This document shows positions 9,401 through 19,089 of a DNA stretch of 64,000 nucleotides, one piece after another. Position 1 is the first letter of the stretch, and each line of letters starts with the position of its first letter. Source of the stretch: an uncultured Bacteriovoracaceae bacterium (GTDB taxonomy: Bacteria > Bdellovibrionota > Bacteriovoracia > Bacteriovoracales > Bacteriovoracaceae); contig CAXGUD010000008.1 of assembly GCA_964012805.1 (NCBI GenBank), positions 1 to 64,000 on the forward strand, in the 5' to 3' direction. The position numbers were made by a program, and so were the translations under genes. The notes beneath the pieces are model-generated. The model had not been told where the DNA came from. It did no database searches and saw only the letters and a program-made list of their open reading frames with translations.

Positions 9401-9718
9401 TTAATTCTTGATGTATTTTTTAATCATACCTTTGTTCAGACAGTTCAGGACCTCTTCGCCGTATTTGGCTTTTAATTTCTTTTCAGTGACTTGTGAAAAT
9501 GAGGTGAGGACATAATTGGTTGCATTTTTGCATTGTTCTAAAGTTATTTTTACCTTCTTTCCTTTACAAAACTTCTTAAAATCGTTGGCCATCGTTCCAG
9601 CTGCAGCATTTAGACCTTTAGATTGTTTAAAAATTAGGTTTTGGCATGAGTTCGCATCATATTCTTTTTTGCATGAGGTTGTTAAAATTAATAAAATTAT
9701 AACTGAGAAGCTTTTCAT
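9401..9718 (-). CDS. small lipoprotein, Cys-rich
   Basis: MKSFSVIILLILTTSC lipobox. Confidence 0.7.
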   Translation of the reverse strand: MKSFSVIILLILTTSCKKEYDANSCQNLIFKQSKGLNAAAGTMANDFKKFCKGKKVKITLEQCKNATNYVLTSFSQVTEKKLKAKYGEEVLNCLNKGMIKKYIKN

Positions 9719-9780
9719 ATAAATTCTTTTAACCTACAACATTAGATAATTTATCATGATAGAAAATGGTAGCATGAATT

Positions 9781-10431
9781 ATGAAAATTATAGAATATTA
9801 TTTTGATTTTTTGTCACCCTACTCTTACTTATCTTGGCAATGGGTTAGGGAAAACAAGAAGAAACTTTTTGAGGAACAAGTTGAGTTTTCCTTTAAGCCA
9901 GTTATTTTATCTTCGATAATAGGTCACTTTGAAACAAAAGGCCCCGCCCAAATTGAAACAAAAAGAAACTATCTTTTTAAGGATTGTTTAAGGTTCTCTA
10001 AATTGAAGAAAATTCCCTTTAGAACTCCAAGTAGATTACCTTTTAATTCTCTTTATGCTTTAAGGTCTAGCCTGGTTGAAAATGTTGGTAAAAACCAATT
10101 CGAAATTATTGATTTATTTTTTAAAAAAGGCTGGTCTGAAGGACGAGATATTGGAGACCCAGAGGGCTTAATCGGCTTTTTAACAGAGGAAGGTTACCCC
10201 GGTGCGGAAATATTGGATAAAGTGAATACCAAAGAGATGAGAAAGGCATTGAAATCAAATGTTCAAGAAGCCTTGTCTAAGGGAGTGTTTGGAGTACCTA
10301 GCTTTGTAATTGGTAAAGAGTTATTTTGGGGTAATGACTCTATTCCTTATATGGAGTCTTATTTAAATTCAGAAGATAGTTTGGATTTAAATAAATATGA
10401 AGCTTTTTTGAGAGATCATCCTTTTCAATGA
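9781..10431 (+). CDS. DsbA/HCCA isomerase (GST kappa) family
   Basis: YYFDFLSPYSYL and GVFGVPSF...LFWGND. Confidence 0.9.
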   Translation: MKIIEYYFDFLSPYSYLSWQWVRENKKKLFEEQVEFSFKPVILSSIIGHFETKGPAQIETKRNYLFKDCLRFSKLKKIPFRTPSRLPFNSLYALRSSLVENVGKNQFEIIDLFFKKGWSEGRDIGDPEGLIGFLTEEGYPGAEILDKVNTKEMRKALKSNVQEALSKGVFGVPSFVIGKELFWGNDSIPYMESYLNSEDSLDLNKYEAFLRDHPFQ

Positions 10432-10447
10432 TCTTTTGGAACAAAGA

Positions 10448-11416
10448 TCACTTTTCAGCAATAATGCAAAACCTTATGGGAGCTGGATGTCCTTCTACAG
10501 TTTTTGTGATGTCTTTAGGGTCCAGGAAATCCTTAAGTGTTTGATGAGGTGGAGGACACCAGTCAGTATTTCTTTGCTCTTCAAAGGTTAGTTTGGAAGA
10601 AGAGACGATTTCCACGTTTTTAAATTTTGCCTTTTTTAACCAATTAACGGAGCAGCTTATTGTCGGGATGAACCAAATATTTCTCATCTTAGCATATCGG
10701 TCTTCAGGAAAAAGAGCATAAGGCCCTTCACCAGGTATGCCTATTGTTTCAAAAATAATACGACCGCCTGGTTTAAGTGCTTCTCTTATAGTTGTAAGTT
10801 GTTCGATAGGATTTTTGTGATGATAAATAATCCCCATATAAAATATATCATCAAAAAAATTTTTAAAGTATTTTACATGTTCAACTCCCCAAAGCTCAAA
10901 AAAAGTATTTGGGAAGTTTGTGTATGATTGGATCAACCTGAATTGGAGAAGACAGCGGACAACGGGGTCTAAACCTAATACCATTTCAGGGTTATGCTCC
11001 ATCATTTTGAAAATAAAATAGCCATTATTACATCCGATATCGAGGATTCTTCTTCCTCTTAACGAACCCAAGGCTTTTTCTATCCTTGTCCATTTAAAGT
11101 CAGACCTCCATTCTCCATCTATTTTTATTCCAAACAAGTCAAAGGGGCCTTTCTTCCACGGGATAAGGTTTTTGGACTGTTCTAATAATTCGTTATATTG
11201 CTCATCCGATAAATCTTCCTTTTTACCTATTTTTATATCAGGCCCGATAGAATTAAAAGAAGGCGTATATGAAAGTGAGGGAAGGGAATCTAGTTTTTTC
11301 CAAAGTTGATTTGTATTTTTTCTAAGAGGCCAAGAGCTTCGTTCCTCAGATATTTTTTTAAGAGAGTCTATGTCACAGCAATTTTTAAATGAGCTTAAAT
11401 AATTAAAGATCTCCAT
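10448..11416 (-). CDS. cmoB: tRNA U34 carboxymethyltransferase
   Basis: PWKKGPF, IDGEWRSDFKW, LDIGCNNGY, RYAKMRNIWFIP and TVEGHPAP. Confidence 0.95.
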   Translation of the reverse strand: MEIFNYLSSFKNCCDIDSLKKISEERSSWPLRKNTNQLWKKLDSLPSLSYTPSFNSIGPDIKIGKKEDLSDEQYNELLEQSKNLIPWKKGPFDLFGIKIDGEWRSDFKWTRIEKALGSLRGRRILDIGCNNGYFIFKMMEHNPEMVLGLDPVVRCLLQFRLIQSYTNFPNTFFELWGVEHVKYFKNFFDDIFYMGIIYHHKNPIEQLTTIREALKPGGRIIFETIGIPGEGPYALFPEDRYAKMRNIWFIPTISCSVNWLKKAKFKNVEIVSSSKLTFEEQRNTDWCPPPHQTLKDFLDPKDITKTVEGHPAPIRFCIIAEK

Positions 11417-12142
11417 TTATTTAATTCCTATAAAACTTGCGAAGTTATACCATTGAAAAATTGTTTCAAATGACTCAAAGCCGGCTGCACCTAGTAAATT
11501 TTTTTGTTCTCTGATTGTATTTGGAATCAGAAAGTTTTCTAATGCTTCTCTTTTTTGCATTATTTCTAAGTTAGAGTAGCCATTTCTCCTTTTGAAGTCA
11601 TAGTACAAATCTGTGTATAAAGTATGTACATTGAAACATTCTGGCTTTATTTTTTCACTCATAATAAAAATGCCCCCCTTTTGGAGGCTTTTATAAATTT
11701 TCTTTAGAATTTGTAGGCGGAGTTCTTTCGGTATAAACTGCAAGGTGTAGTTCATGATGATAAGTTTTGAGCTTTTTAATTCTATATCCTGTATTTTTCC
11801 CTGAATAAGCTCGTAACTGATATCTTTTTCATTTGAGAGCTTCCTGCCACATTCATCAATCATACTCGGGCTATTATCAACTCCAATAAAAAAGGGGGAA
11901 CTTTTTGAGTTCGGTAGAGCTTGATGGAGTAGTTTAATTGTAGACCCTGTAGAGCAACCGAGATCATAAATGACTTCATCTTTAAACTTTATCTTTTTAT
12001 AGATATCTACAATAATCCTGTGGATTTCGTTATAGAAGGGAACTGAGCGAGTAATCATATCGTCAAATACTTGGGTAACCTCTTCATTGAACTCAAAGGT
12101 TTCTATAACTTCTTTCTTCTTGGAAAATACTTTGTCTATCAT
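11417..12142 (-). CDS. cmoA: carboxy-SAM synthase
   Basis: VFDDMITRSVPFY, YDLGCSTG, NYTLQF, KRRNGYS..EI.QKREALE; adjacent to cmoB. Confidence 0.95.
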   Translation of the reverse strand: MIDKVFSKKKEVIETFEFNEEVTQVFDDMITRSVPFYNEIHRIIVDIYKKIKFKDEVIYDLGCSTGSTIKLLHQALPNSKSSPFFIGVDNSPSMIDECGRKLSNEKDISYELIQGKIQDIELKSSKLIIMNYTLQFIPKELRLQILKKIYKSLQKGGIFIMSEKIKPECFNVHTLYTDLYYDFKRRNGYSNLEIMQKREALENFLIPNTIREQKNLLGAAGFESFETIFQWYNFASFIGIK

Positions 12143-12465
12143 TGCAGTTTCTTTTCTAATTTCTTGGTATCGTTTAAAGAGATAATAATTTTTTGGCTTT
12201 TATATATATTCATGTTTGGAAAGAGAAGGATTTTATTGCGGTAAGGTAATGGGTTTTTATAAAGAGATTAAAATAAACAAAAAATTAAATGATTTTTATT
12301 GAAAATTAAACATTATTCTCTTTTAAAAGCTTATTTCAAATTGTATCTTTTAAGCCGTTAAAGTGGACCAGAGGACCTTTTTGGGGGCTCCTTTCGGAAT
12401 TGTTCATTTCCTCTTCTTTTGAGTGGCGTTGCCCAAAAATTAAAGTGACTTTTTGAAATTGACTG

Positions 12466-13200
12466 ATGGTTAACGAAACAAACGAGGTTGATTCATTGAA
12501 AAATCCACTTGACACTAATTTGGAGGTTTGGATTCTTGATAATGACCAACGTCTCCATACGTCTTATAAAAAAATTCTAAACCTCCGCTATAGAACACGG
12601 TTCTTTTTTTCTTTAGAAGAATTCGCAGACTCTTTTTATAAAGAAAGCTACAAGTGCTCTTTTTTAATAGCTGAACTGATATTGAAAGATGGGAACTTTT
12701 TAGATTTTCTAGGTAAGCTAAAAAATAAAGGCTTTTTTAAAGTGCCTACTTTTATCATTTCATCAGTTGATGACCTTGACGTTATGAGGTTTTGTTTTAA
12801 GGAAGGCGTCATAGATTACCTAACAAAGCCTTTCAAGCCCAATGAACTTCTAATAAAAATAGAAAATATTTTTAAAAAGGAAGATAGTAAACCTTTGACT
12901 TACGAGGGGCAAGAAAGGGATGTTACAATAAATGGTAAGCAGGTCAAAAACTTAACTTTAAAGCAATTACAGGTTTTATCACTTTTTTTAAAATCTCCAG
13001 TAAGATGCGTAAACCGTAAAGATATTTTAAAAAAGGTCTGGGGCTCGACGTCTGTCCATCCTAAAACTGTTGATGTCCACTTATATAATTTACGAAGAAA
13101 GTTAAACCCTATTGGATTTCAGATAAATTCTAAGGGCCCTGGAAGATGGGCTTTGGTGCAAAAAGAAGCTTTAAAGAATCCAGAAAATTTCTTGTCTTAG
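12466..13200 (+). CDS. atypical OmpR-type response regulator
   Basis: REC domain (DYLTKPF) plus winged helix (KTVDVHLYNLRRKL); expected phospho-Asp appears as Glu (FLIAELIL). Confidence 0.85.
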   Translation: MVNETNEVDSLKNPLDTNLEVWILDNDQRLHTSYKKILNLRYRTRFFFSLEEFADSFYKESYKCSFLIAELILKDGNFLDFLGKLKNKGFFKVPTFIISSVDDLDVMRFCFKEGVIDYLTKPFKPNELLIKIENIFKKEDSKPLTYEGQERDVTINGKQVKNLTLKQLQVLSLFLKSPVRCVNRKDILKKVWGSTSVHPKTVDVHLYNLRRKLNPIGFQINSKGPGRWALVQKEALKNPENFLS

Positions 13201-13388
13201 TCTTGTTTTCAAACAGATTCTATTTTCGATGACACGTCTAGCATTAAAAGGAAAAAGTTTTTGTTGAAAAACAGCCCCTTTTCTCTGTAGATAGAAGGCT
13301 GGGTTTTAAAATTCGGTAGTCATATTGTATAATACGGTGTGTTAGTTTATTTTCTTTTTGTACATCAAAAATTCTTAAGGGGTAGAGA

Positions 13389-16064
13389 ATGGCTCAAAAC
13401 GTAAAGAAAAAGTTAAATGTTGGAGGAAAGGATTACTCTATCTTCAGTTTGAAAGAGGCTAAAAGTTTAGGTCTTTCAAATATTGATAAGTTGCCAAAAA
13501 GTTTAAAGGTTTTGATGGAAAACCTTTTAAGAAAAAAAGATGTTACAAGCGTTAAATGGGAAGATGCTGAAGCTCTGAATGAATGGGCCAACACTGGATC
13601 TTTAAAAAGAGACATTTCCTACTACCCCACAAGGGTCTTGATGCAGGACTTTACTGGAGTGCCAGCCGTTGTTGACCTAGCGGCTTTAAGAGAGGGAATG
13701 GTTAAGCTAGGTGGAAAAGCTGAAGGGATTAATCCTCTCAATCAGGTAGACTTGGTTATTGACCACTCTGTTATGGTCGAAAATTTTGGGGATAAAAACT
13801 CTTTTGAGAAGAACGTTAAATTAGAGTTTGAAAGAAATAAAGAACGTTACCAATTTTTAAAATGGGGCCAAAAGGCTTTTAAAAACTTCAGAGTTGTTCC
13901 TCCAGGAACCGGTATTGTTCATCAGGTAAACTTAGAATATTTAGCAAAAGTTGTTTGGACTAAGGAAGAAGATGGAGAGTGTGTTGCTTATCCAGACAGC
14001 TTGGTTGGGACAGATAGCCATACAACCATGATTAACGGTTTATCCGTTTTAGGATGGGGTGTTGGTGGTATTGAAGCGGAAGCCGCCATGCTTGGACAGT
14101 CTATAACCATGCTTATCCCAGATGTTGTAGGTTTCAAGCTTACTGGTAAATTAAGTGAGGGGGCTACGGCCACTGACTTGGTTCTAACAGTTGTAGAAAT
14201 GCTTCGAAAGCATGGTTGTGTAGGTAAGTTTGTCGAGTTTTATGGTCCTGGTATGTCAGACTTGTCTTTGGCCGATAGGGCAACACTTGCTAATATGGCC
14301 CCAGAGTATGGAGCAACCTGCGGTTTTTTCCCAATCGACAAAGCAACCATTGATTATTTAGAGTTTTCTGCAAGAGATAAAGAAACTGTAGAACTAGTTG
14401 AGGCTTATGCTAAAGAGCAAGGTTTATGGGCGGAAGCAAATGACCCTGATCCAGTCTTCACCTCAACCATTGAATTAGACATAAGCACTGTTGAGCCTTG
14501 TATCAGTGGTCCTAAAAGACCTCAGGATAAAATTCTTCTCTCTTCTGGAGCTGATAGCTTTGGGAAGACTCTTAATGAAATGTTTAAAGTTCGAGCAGGT
14601 GAATCAGGAAAAGGTGAGAAAGTTGAGGGGAAGGATTTTGAAATAAACCACGGTGATGTTGTAGTTGCGGCTATAACTAGCTGCACGAATACTTCGAATC
14701 CATCGGTAATGTTGGCTGCAGGGTTAGTTGCCAAAAAAGCCCATGAAAAAGGAATTAATGTTAAGCCATGGGTTAAGACATCTTTGGCTCCTGGCTCTAA
14801 GGTTGTCACTGATTATTTAATTGAGTCTCACTTACAAGAGCATCTCGATGCTCTAGGTTTTAACCTCGTAGGATATGGATGCACGACTTGCATTGGAAAC
14901 TCAGGTCCATTAAACCAAGAAATATCGGATGCAATAAATAAGGCTGACCTTGTGGCCTGTTCTGTTCTTTCTGGAAACAGAAACTTTGAAGGGAGAATTA
15001 ATCCAGATGTAAAGGCCAATTATCTTATGTCTCCACCTCTTGTTGTCGCTTATGCAATCGCGGGCAATATGAGCGTCGATCTCACAAAAGATCCATTGGG
15101 CAAAGACAAAGATGGAAATGATGTATTTTTGAAGGACATTTGGCCATCCAATGAAGAGGTTCAGCAAGTACTTAATAAAAGCCTTACTTCAAAAATGTTT
15201 AAAGACCGATATGCAGACGTGTTCAAGGGTGATGAGTATTGGCAAGCGGTTGAGACTTCTGAAGGTGAGAAATACTCTTGGGAAGAAGAGAGTACTTATA
15301 TTAGAAACCCAAGCTTTTTTGACAATATTGCTGATGGAACTTTTGATTCTTTTGAAGTGAAAGAAGCACGGGTTCTAGCTCTAATGGGTGACTCAGTTAC
15401 TACTGACCATATTTCTCCAGCTGGTAGAATTGAAGAGGATGGCCCTGCTGGGAAGTATTTGAAAGAAAACTCAGTGAAGGTCCACGACTTTAATTCCTAT
15501 GGTTCAAGAAGAGGTAATCACGAAGTTATGATGAGAGGAACATTTGCTAACATAAGAATAAGAAATCTTATGGCGGATGGTAAAGAGGGAGGTTATACCA
15601 AATATATTCCTTCTGGTGAAGTCATGTCTATCTACGACGCTGCAATGAAGTATAAAGAAAGTGAGACTCCTTTAGTCGTTATCGGTGGCAAGGAGTATGG
15701 AACAGGGTCTTCAAGAGACTGGGCGGCCAAAGGGACATTACTTTTAGGAGTGAAAGCTGTTATTACAGAAAGTTTTGAAAGGATTCATAGGTCAAACTTG
15801 ATTGGGATGGGAGTACTTCCTTTGGAGTTTACAGACGGTCAGACTAGAGAAACTTTTGGCCTTGATGGCTCAGAGGTTGTAAGCCTTAAGCAAATTGGGA
15901 GCTTAGCGCCGCAAATGAAATTTGAAGCTGAGTTCAAAACTAGTGATGGATCGGTCAAAAAAGCTGAACTTCTAAGCCGAATCGATACTGCTGATGAGTT
16001 AGAATATTTTAAAAATGGTGGCATCCTGCAGTTTGTTCTACGAAACATAAAATCGAAAAATTAA
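13389..16064 (+). CDS. acnA: aconitate hydratase A
   Basis: QDFTGVPAVVDLAA, DSHTTM, ITSCTNTSNP, GYGCTTCIGNSG and GSSRDWAAKG. Confidence 0.98.
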   Translation: MAQNVKKKLNVGGKDYSIFSLKEAKSLGLSNIDKLPKSLKVLMENLLRKKDVTSVKWEDAEALNEWANTGSLKRDISYYPTRVLMQDFTGVPAVVDLAALREGMVKLGGKAEGINPLNQVDLVIDHSVMVENFGDKNSFEKNVKLEFERNKERYQFLKWGQKAFKNFRVVPPGTGIVHQVNLEYLAKVVWTKEEDGECVAYPDSLVGTDSHTTMINGLSVLGWGVGGIEAEAAMLGQSITMLIPDVVGFKLTGKLSEGATATDLVLTVVEMLRKHGCVGKFVEFYGPGMSDLSLADRATLANMAPEYGATCGFFPIDKATIDYLEFSARDKETVELVEAYAKEQGLWAEANDPDPVFTSTIELDISTVEPCISGPKRPQDKILLSSGADSFGKTLNEMFKVRAGESGKGEKVEGKDFEINHGDVVVAAITSCTNTSNPSVMLAAGLVAKKAHEKGINVKPWVKTSLAPGSKVVTDYLIESHLQEHLDALGFNLVGYGCTTCIGNSGPLNQEISDAINKADLVACSVLSGNRNFEGRINPDVKANYLMSPPLVVAYAIAGNMSVDLTKDPLGKDKDGNDVFLKDIWPSNEEVQQVLNKSLTSKMFKDRYADVFKGDEYWQAVETSEGEKYSWEEESTYIRNPSFFDNIADGTFDSFEVKEARVLALMGDSVTTDHISPAGRIEEDGPAGKYLKENSVKVHDFNSYGSRRGNHEVMMRGTFANIRIRNLMADGKEGGYTKYIPSGEVMSIYDAAMKYKESETPLVVIGGKEYGTGSSRDWAAKGTLLLGVKAVITESFERIHRSNLIGMGVLPLEFTDGQTRETFGLDGSEVVSLKQIGSLAPQMKFEAEFKTSDGSVKKAELLSRIDTADELEYFKNGGILQFVLRNIKSKN

Positions 16065-16080
16065 AAAGACTTTTTCTTTT

Positions 16081-16116
16081 ATGACCCTATGGGAAGCACT
16101 TTTTCCGTAGGGTCAT
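16081..16116 (+). terminator. stem-loop after acnA, probable terminator
   Basis: ATGACCCTATGGGA...TTCCGTAGGGTCAT inverted repeat; U-tract weak. Confidence 0.6.
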
Positions 16117-16203
16117 GTCCTCTTTACCTTGACAATTACAGCTCACAAATTAGACATTACAATATCCATGGTTTTTATTTATAACCTAATAAAGGTATTT
16201 TAA

Positions 16204-18582
16204 ATGATCTTAAAAATTGGTTTTCTTATTTCATATTTTCTTTTTTTCTCAACTAGCACCTTCTCTATGTCCGCTTGGGATAAAAACAACGAGCCGGAGC
16301 TAATGAGAGGTCAATATATAAACAATTTTGGGAAACTGCCTCTTTCTGGTGAGCTTTCGAAAACGCTGTGGAGTGGTGATTATTGGCCTAGTTATCATGG
16401 AGGAATTACTTACAGGTGGAATCAGGAAATAGCCTCTGAAAAAAATGAAGTTGAGCGTTTTGGGTATAACTTATTGAAGGCTTATGAGCTTAAAAACTTC
16501 AATTTGGCCACATTATCGCCTTCTGAAAAATATGATCTTTACCTCGGAGACCTTGACTTTACTCTTACTCGTTATGAAAGGCAGAGAACTCAAGTTTTAA
16601 AAACAGTGGAAGGGTCACCTGAATACAATAAAAAGTTTAAAATTCCTGAATGGGAGGGGCTTTGTCATGCATGGGCGCCTGCAACTATTCATTATAAAAA
16701 CCCAGAACCTGTTGAGGTTATAGGGCGTCTAGGGCACGTGATCCCCTTTGGGTCTTCTGATATTAAAGCTCTTTTAACCTATAACGTTCAACTTGGTGAA
16801 AATTCAAATATCGTTTTTATGGGCTCTAGGTGTAACTTAGATTTTTCTAAGTTAGAAGAAAAGTTGAAGAAAGGGTTAATTTCTGAGAAGGAGTATGAAG
16901 CCGCTATAAGTAGATCTCAGTGCAAGGACACTAATGCTGGAGCTTTCCACATTGCTCTTGCCAATCAGATTGGTATTAAGGACGAGAGTTTTATAATTGA
17001 TATTACTCGTGACCTAGAAGTGTGGAACCAAGCAGTTCAAAGGTACTCAAGTAAAATATTAGACGTATACAGAGGAGCTTCAAAAGGAGCTGCCCCAGGA
17101 ACAGTAAAAGAAGTTCTTGTGGAGACAGTTGTCGATTATATTACAGAAATACCTCACTCTTGGACAAATGAAATTCCCAAAGACTCCATTGAGAAAGCAG
17201 AATATCTTTATTGGCTTGAAATTGATAGGAAAGGGATGATTATAGGCGGTTCTTGGGAGTCCTTTGAAAGACCAGATTTTATTTGGAAACAAGGTCCTAC
17301 ACCTTTTACTGGTTTTTTTGAAGCCTTCAAACCTATTTACAATAAATCAGTTAACAAAAAAGGTGAATATCTAAAAAATAAGTGGAGAAACGTTTCTCGG
17401 AAAGTTGGCCGTGATCAGCTACTCAAGAAAAAGTTTGTGAAGGGTCTTAAAGGAGAGTTGCTTAGGAAGAAGTTATTGAAAGCAGCTAAAATGGCGCTTT
17501 TAAAGAAGAGATTTTTGAAAACCTTAGAGGAAGAGAGAAAAAAGAAGAGGATACAACGCCTCCAAAAAAAGTTTAAAACATTCACAAAAGATACTGGTAA
17601 ATCAAAAGTTGTCGTCAATAAAATAAAAGGCGAAGTTCTTAAGACGAAGTGGAAAAGAGATGCTCTTCGAAACTTGAAGATAAAAAAGTCATTGAAAAAA
17701 CTTAAACGAAAAGCTCTAGCAACAAAGTTAAGGAATCAGTTTTTGCGTTCTCTTTACTTAAGAAAAGCCCTTGCAAGTTGGAAAGGTCGAGTTATTGAAA
17801 GAAACTTTTACAAAAATGTTAAAAAATCCATTGATGCAAAAAAGTTTTCTAAAAAACTCAAATCAGAAGTGTTAAAGACTCGTTTGCAGAAAAAAGTAGG
17901 AACAGTTTTGAAGGCCAAAGACTTTGGAAATAAATTAAAGTCGAAGGTTGTTGTAAGTAAATGGGTTAACTCAGTAGATAAAGTGTCAATAAAGCGTTCA
18001 GCTGTTTCTCGCTTTGAGGGCGAAGTTCTTGAAAAGGAACTGGCTTCTTCTTTGAAAAAATATAAAAATGTAGACCGCTTCCGCAAAGGTCTTAAAAGAA
18101 AAATAGAGGAAAAGAAAGAGCTTCAATTAGCTATTTTTGAAGCAATTCAAGAAGGGAATAGCCGTTTCTTTTTCAACAATGTCGATTCGATCGACCTTAA
18201 TATGGTCAATAGAAAAGGTCAGAATGCTCTCATGTTAGCTGCTAAATATTCGCGCTTGGAGATGCTTGAAGCGCTGATCCAAAAAGGTGGAAAAAAGCTA
18301 GTGAATAATGTTGATAAGTTTGGAAGACATAGTCTTTCAATTCTTCTTCTACAACTCTCAAGAAACTTTGAGTCTGTCGAAGACAAGGATTCTCAGGAGG
18401 CACTAGTGGACGAGGCTTTTAGAGTTGTTCGTTTGCTCGTAAAAAACGGGGCTGATGTTAACAAGAAGGACTTGAGTGGCCGAAGACCAAGGTATTACGC
18501 AAGACTTATTAGAAAAATAACCAGAAGATACACAAAGAAGATCGACCGGTACTTAAAAGACCGCGGTGGTAAAAAAAGGTAA
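16204..18582 (+). CDS. secreted TGase-elicitor-like protein with 26-aa basic repeats and C-terminal ankyrin repeats
   Basis: signal peptide; WSGDYWP, LSPSEKYD, WEGLCHAWA, NAGAFH, EVWNQ; ankyrin motifs GQNALMLAA and LLVKNGADVNKKD. Confidence 0.75.
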   Translation: MILKIGFLISYFLFFSTSTFSMSAWDKNNEPELMRGQYINNFGKLPLSGELSKTLWSGDYWPSYHGGITYRWNQEIASEKNEVERFGYNLLKAYELKNFNLATLSPSEKYDLYLGDLDFTLTRYERQRTQVLKTVEGSPEYNKKFKIPEWEGLCHAWAPATIHYKNPEPVEVIGRLGHVIPFGSSDIKALLTYNVQLGENSNIVFMGSRCNLDFSKLEEKLKKGLISEKEYEAAISRSQCKDTNAGAFHIALANQIGIKDESFIIDITRDLEVWNQAVQRYSSKILDVYRGASKGAAPGTVKEVLVETVVDYITEIPHSWTNEIPKDSIEKAEYLYWLEIDRKGMIIGGSWESFERPDFIWKQGPTPFTGFFEAFKPIYNKSVNKKGEYLKNKWRNVSRKVGRDQLLKKKFVKGLKGELLRKKLLKAAKMALLKKRFLKTLEEERKKKRIQRLQKKFKTFTKDTGKSKVVVNKIKGEVLKTKWKRDALRNLKIKKSLKKLKRKALATKLRNQFLRSLYLRKALASWKGRVIERNFYKNVKKSIDAKKFSKKLKSEVLKTRLQKKVGTVLKAKDFGNKLKSKVVVSKWVNSVDKVSIKRSAVSRFEGEVLEKELASSLKKYKNVDRFRKGLKRKIEEKKELQLAIFEAIQEGNSRFFFNNVDSIDLNMVNRKGQNALMLAAKYSRLEMLEALIQKGGKKLVNNVDKFGRHSLSILLLQLSRNFESVEDKDSQEALVDEAFRVVRLLVKNGADVNKKDLSGRRPRYYARLIRKITRRYTKKIDRYLKDRGGKKR
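17617..18084 (+). repeat. six tandem degenerate 26-aa Lys/Arg-rich repeats (protein level)
   Basis: NKIKGEVLKTKW.., KKLKRKALATKL.., ASWKGRVIERNF.., KKLKSEVLKTRL.., NKLKSKVVVSKW.., SRFEGEVLEKEL.. spaced exactly 26 aa apart. Confidence 0.75.
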
Positions 18583-18610
18583 CAAAGTTAGGAAGGGGTA
18601 AGGATATTTT

Positions 18611-19075
18611 ATGAAGAGTCTGCAGGAAACTTATGCCCCTTCAAGTACATGCTTTGGTTGTGGCCCTTCTAACGAGAAAGGGCTTAAAATTCGGAGTTTT
18701 GCTGAAGGGGACAAAGTAACCGCAGTCTGGACTCCAGAAGCTCACCATGAGGCTTTTCCAGGCGTTTTGAATGGAGGAATTATTGGGAGTCTTTTAGATT
18801 GCCACTGTAATTGGACAGCTGCATGGCATATTATGAATAGTTTATCTTTAGATAAGCCTTTATGCACGGTAACGGCTCATTACTCCATAAGTTTACTCAG
18901 ACCAACACCTTCTAATTCAGAGGTGCGTTTAGAGGCTTATATTCAAGATTATGATGGGCGACACAAAGCCAATGTAAAAGGGGCTCTATACGTCGATGAT
19001 AAGGCTTGTGCAACCTGTGAAGGCCTTTTTGTCGCAGTTAAAAAGGGTCACCCTGCTTACCACCGTTGGGGATAG
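18611..19075 (+). CDS. PaaI-family hotdog thioesterase
   Basis: CFGCGPSNEKGL, PGVLNGGIIGSLLDCH, GHPAYHRW. Confidence 0.85.
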   Translation: MKSLQETYAPSSTCFGCGPSNEKGLKIRSFAEGDKVTAVWTPEAHHEAFPGVLNGGIIGSLLDCHCNWTAAWHIMNSLSLDKPLCTVTAHYSISLLRPTPSNSEVRLEAYIQDYDGRHKANVKGALYVDDKACATCEGLFVAVKKGHPAYHRWG

Positions 19076-19089
19076 TTTTGACCTCTAAA

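Noticed and set aside
12355..12440. c-di-GMP-I (GEMM) riboswitch
   Set aside because: The GGCAAA / GNRA / receptor consensus could not be matched on either strand; kept only as a weak generic leader finding
13433..16048. Multiple short antisense and alternate-frame ORFs within acnA (similar ones in fabF, glyA, thiolase, mlaD)
   Set aside because: Shadow ORFs of conserved genes with no motifs of their own
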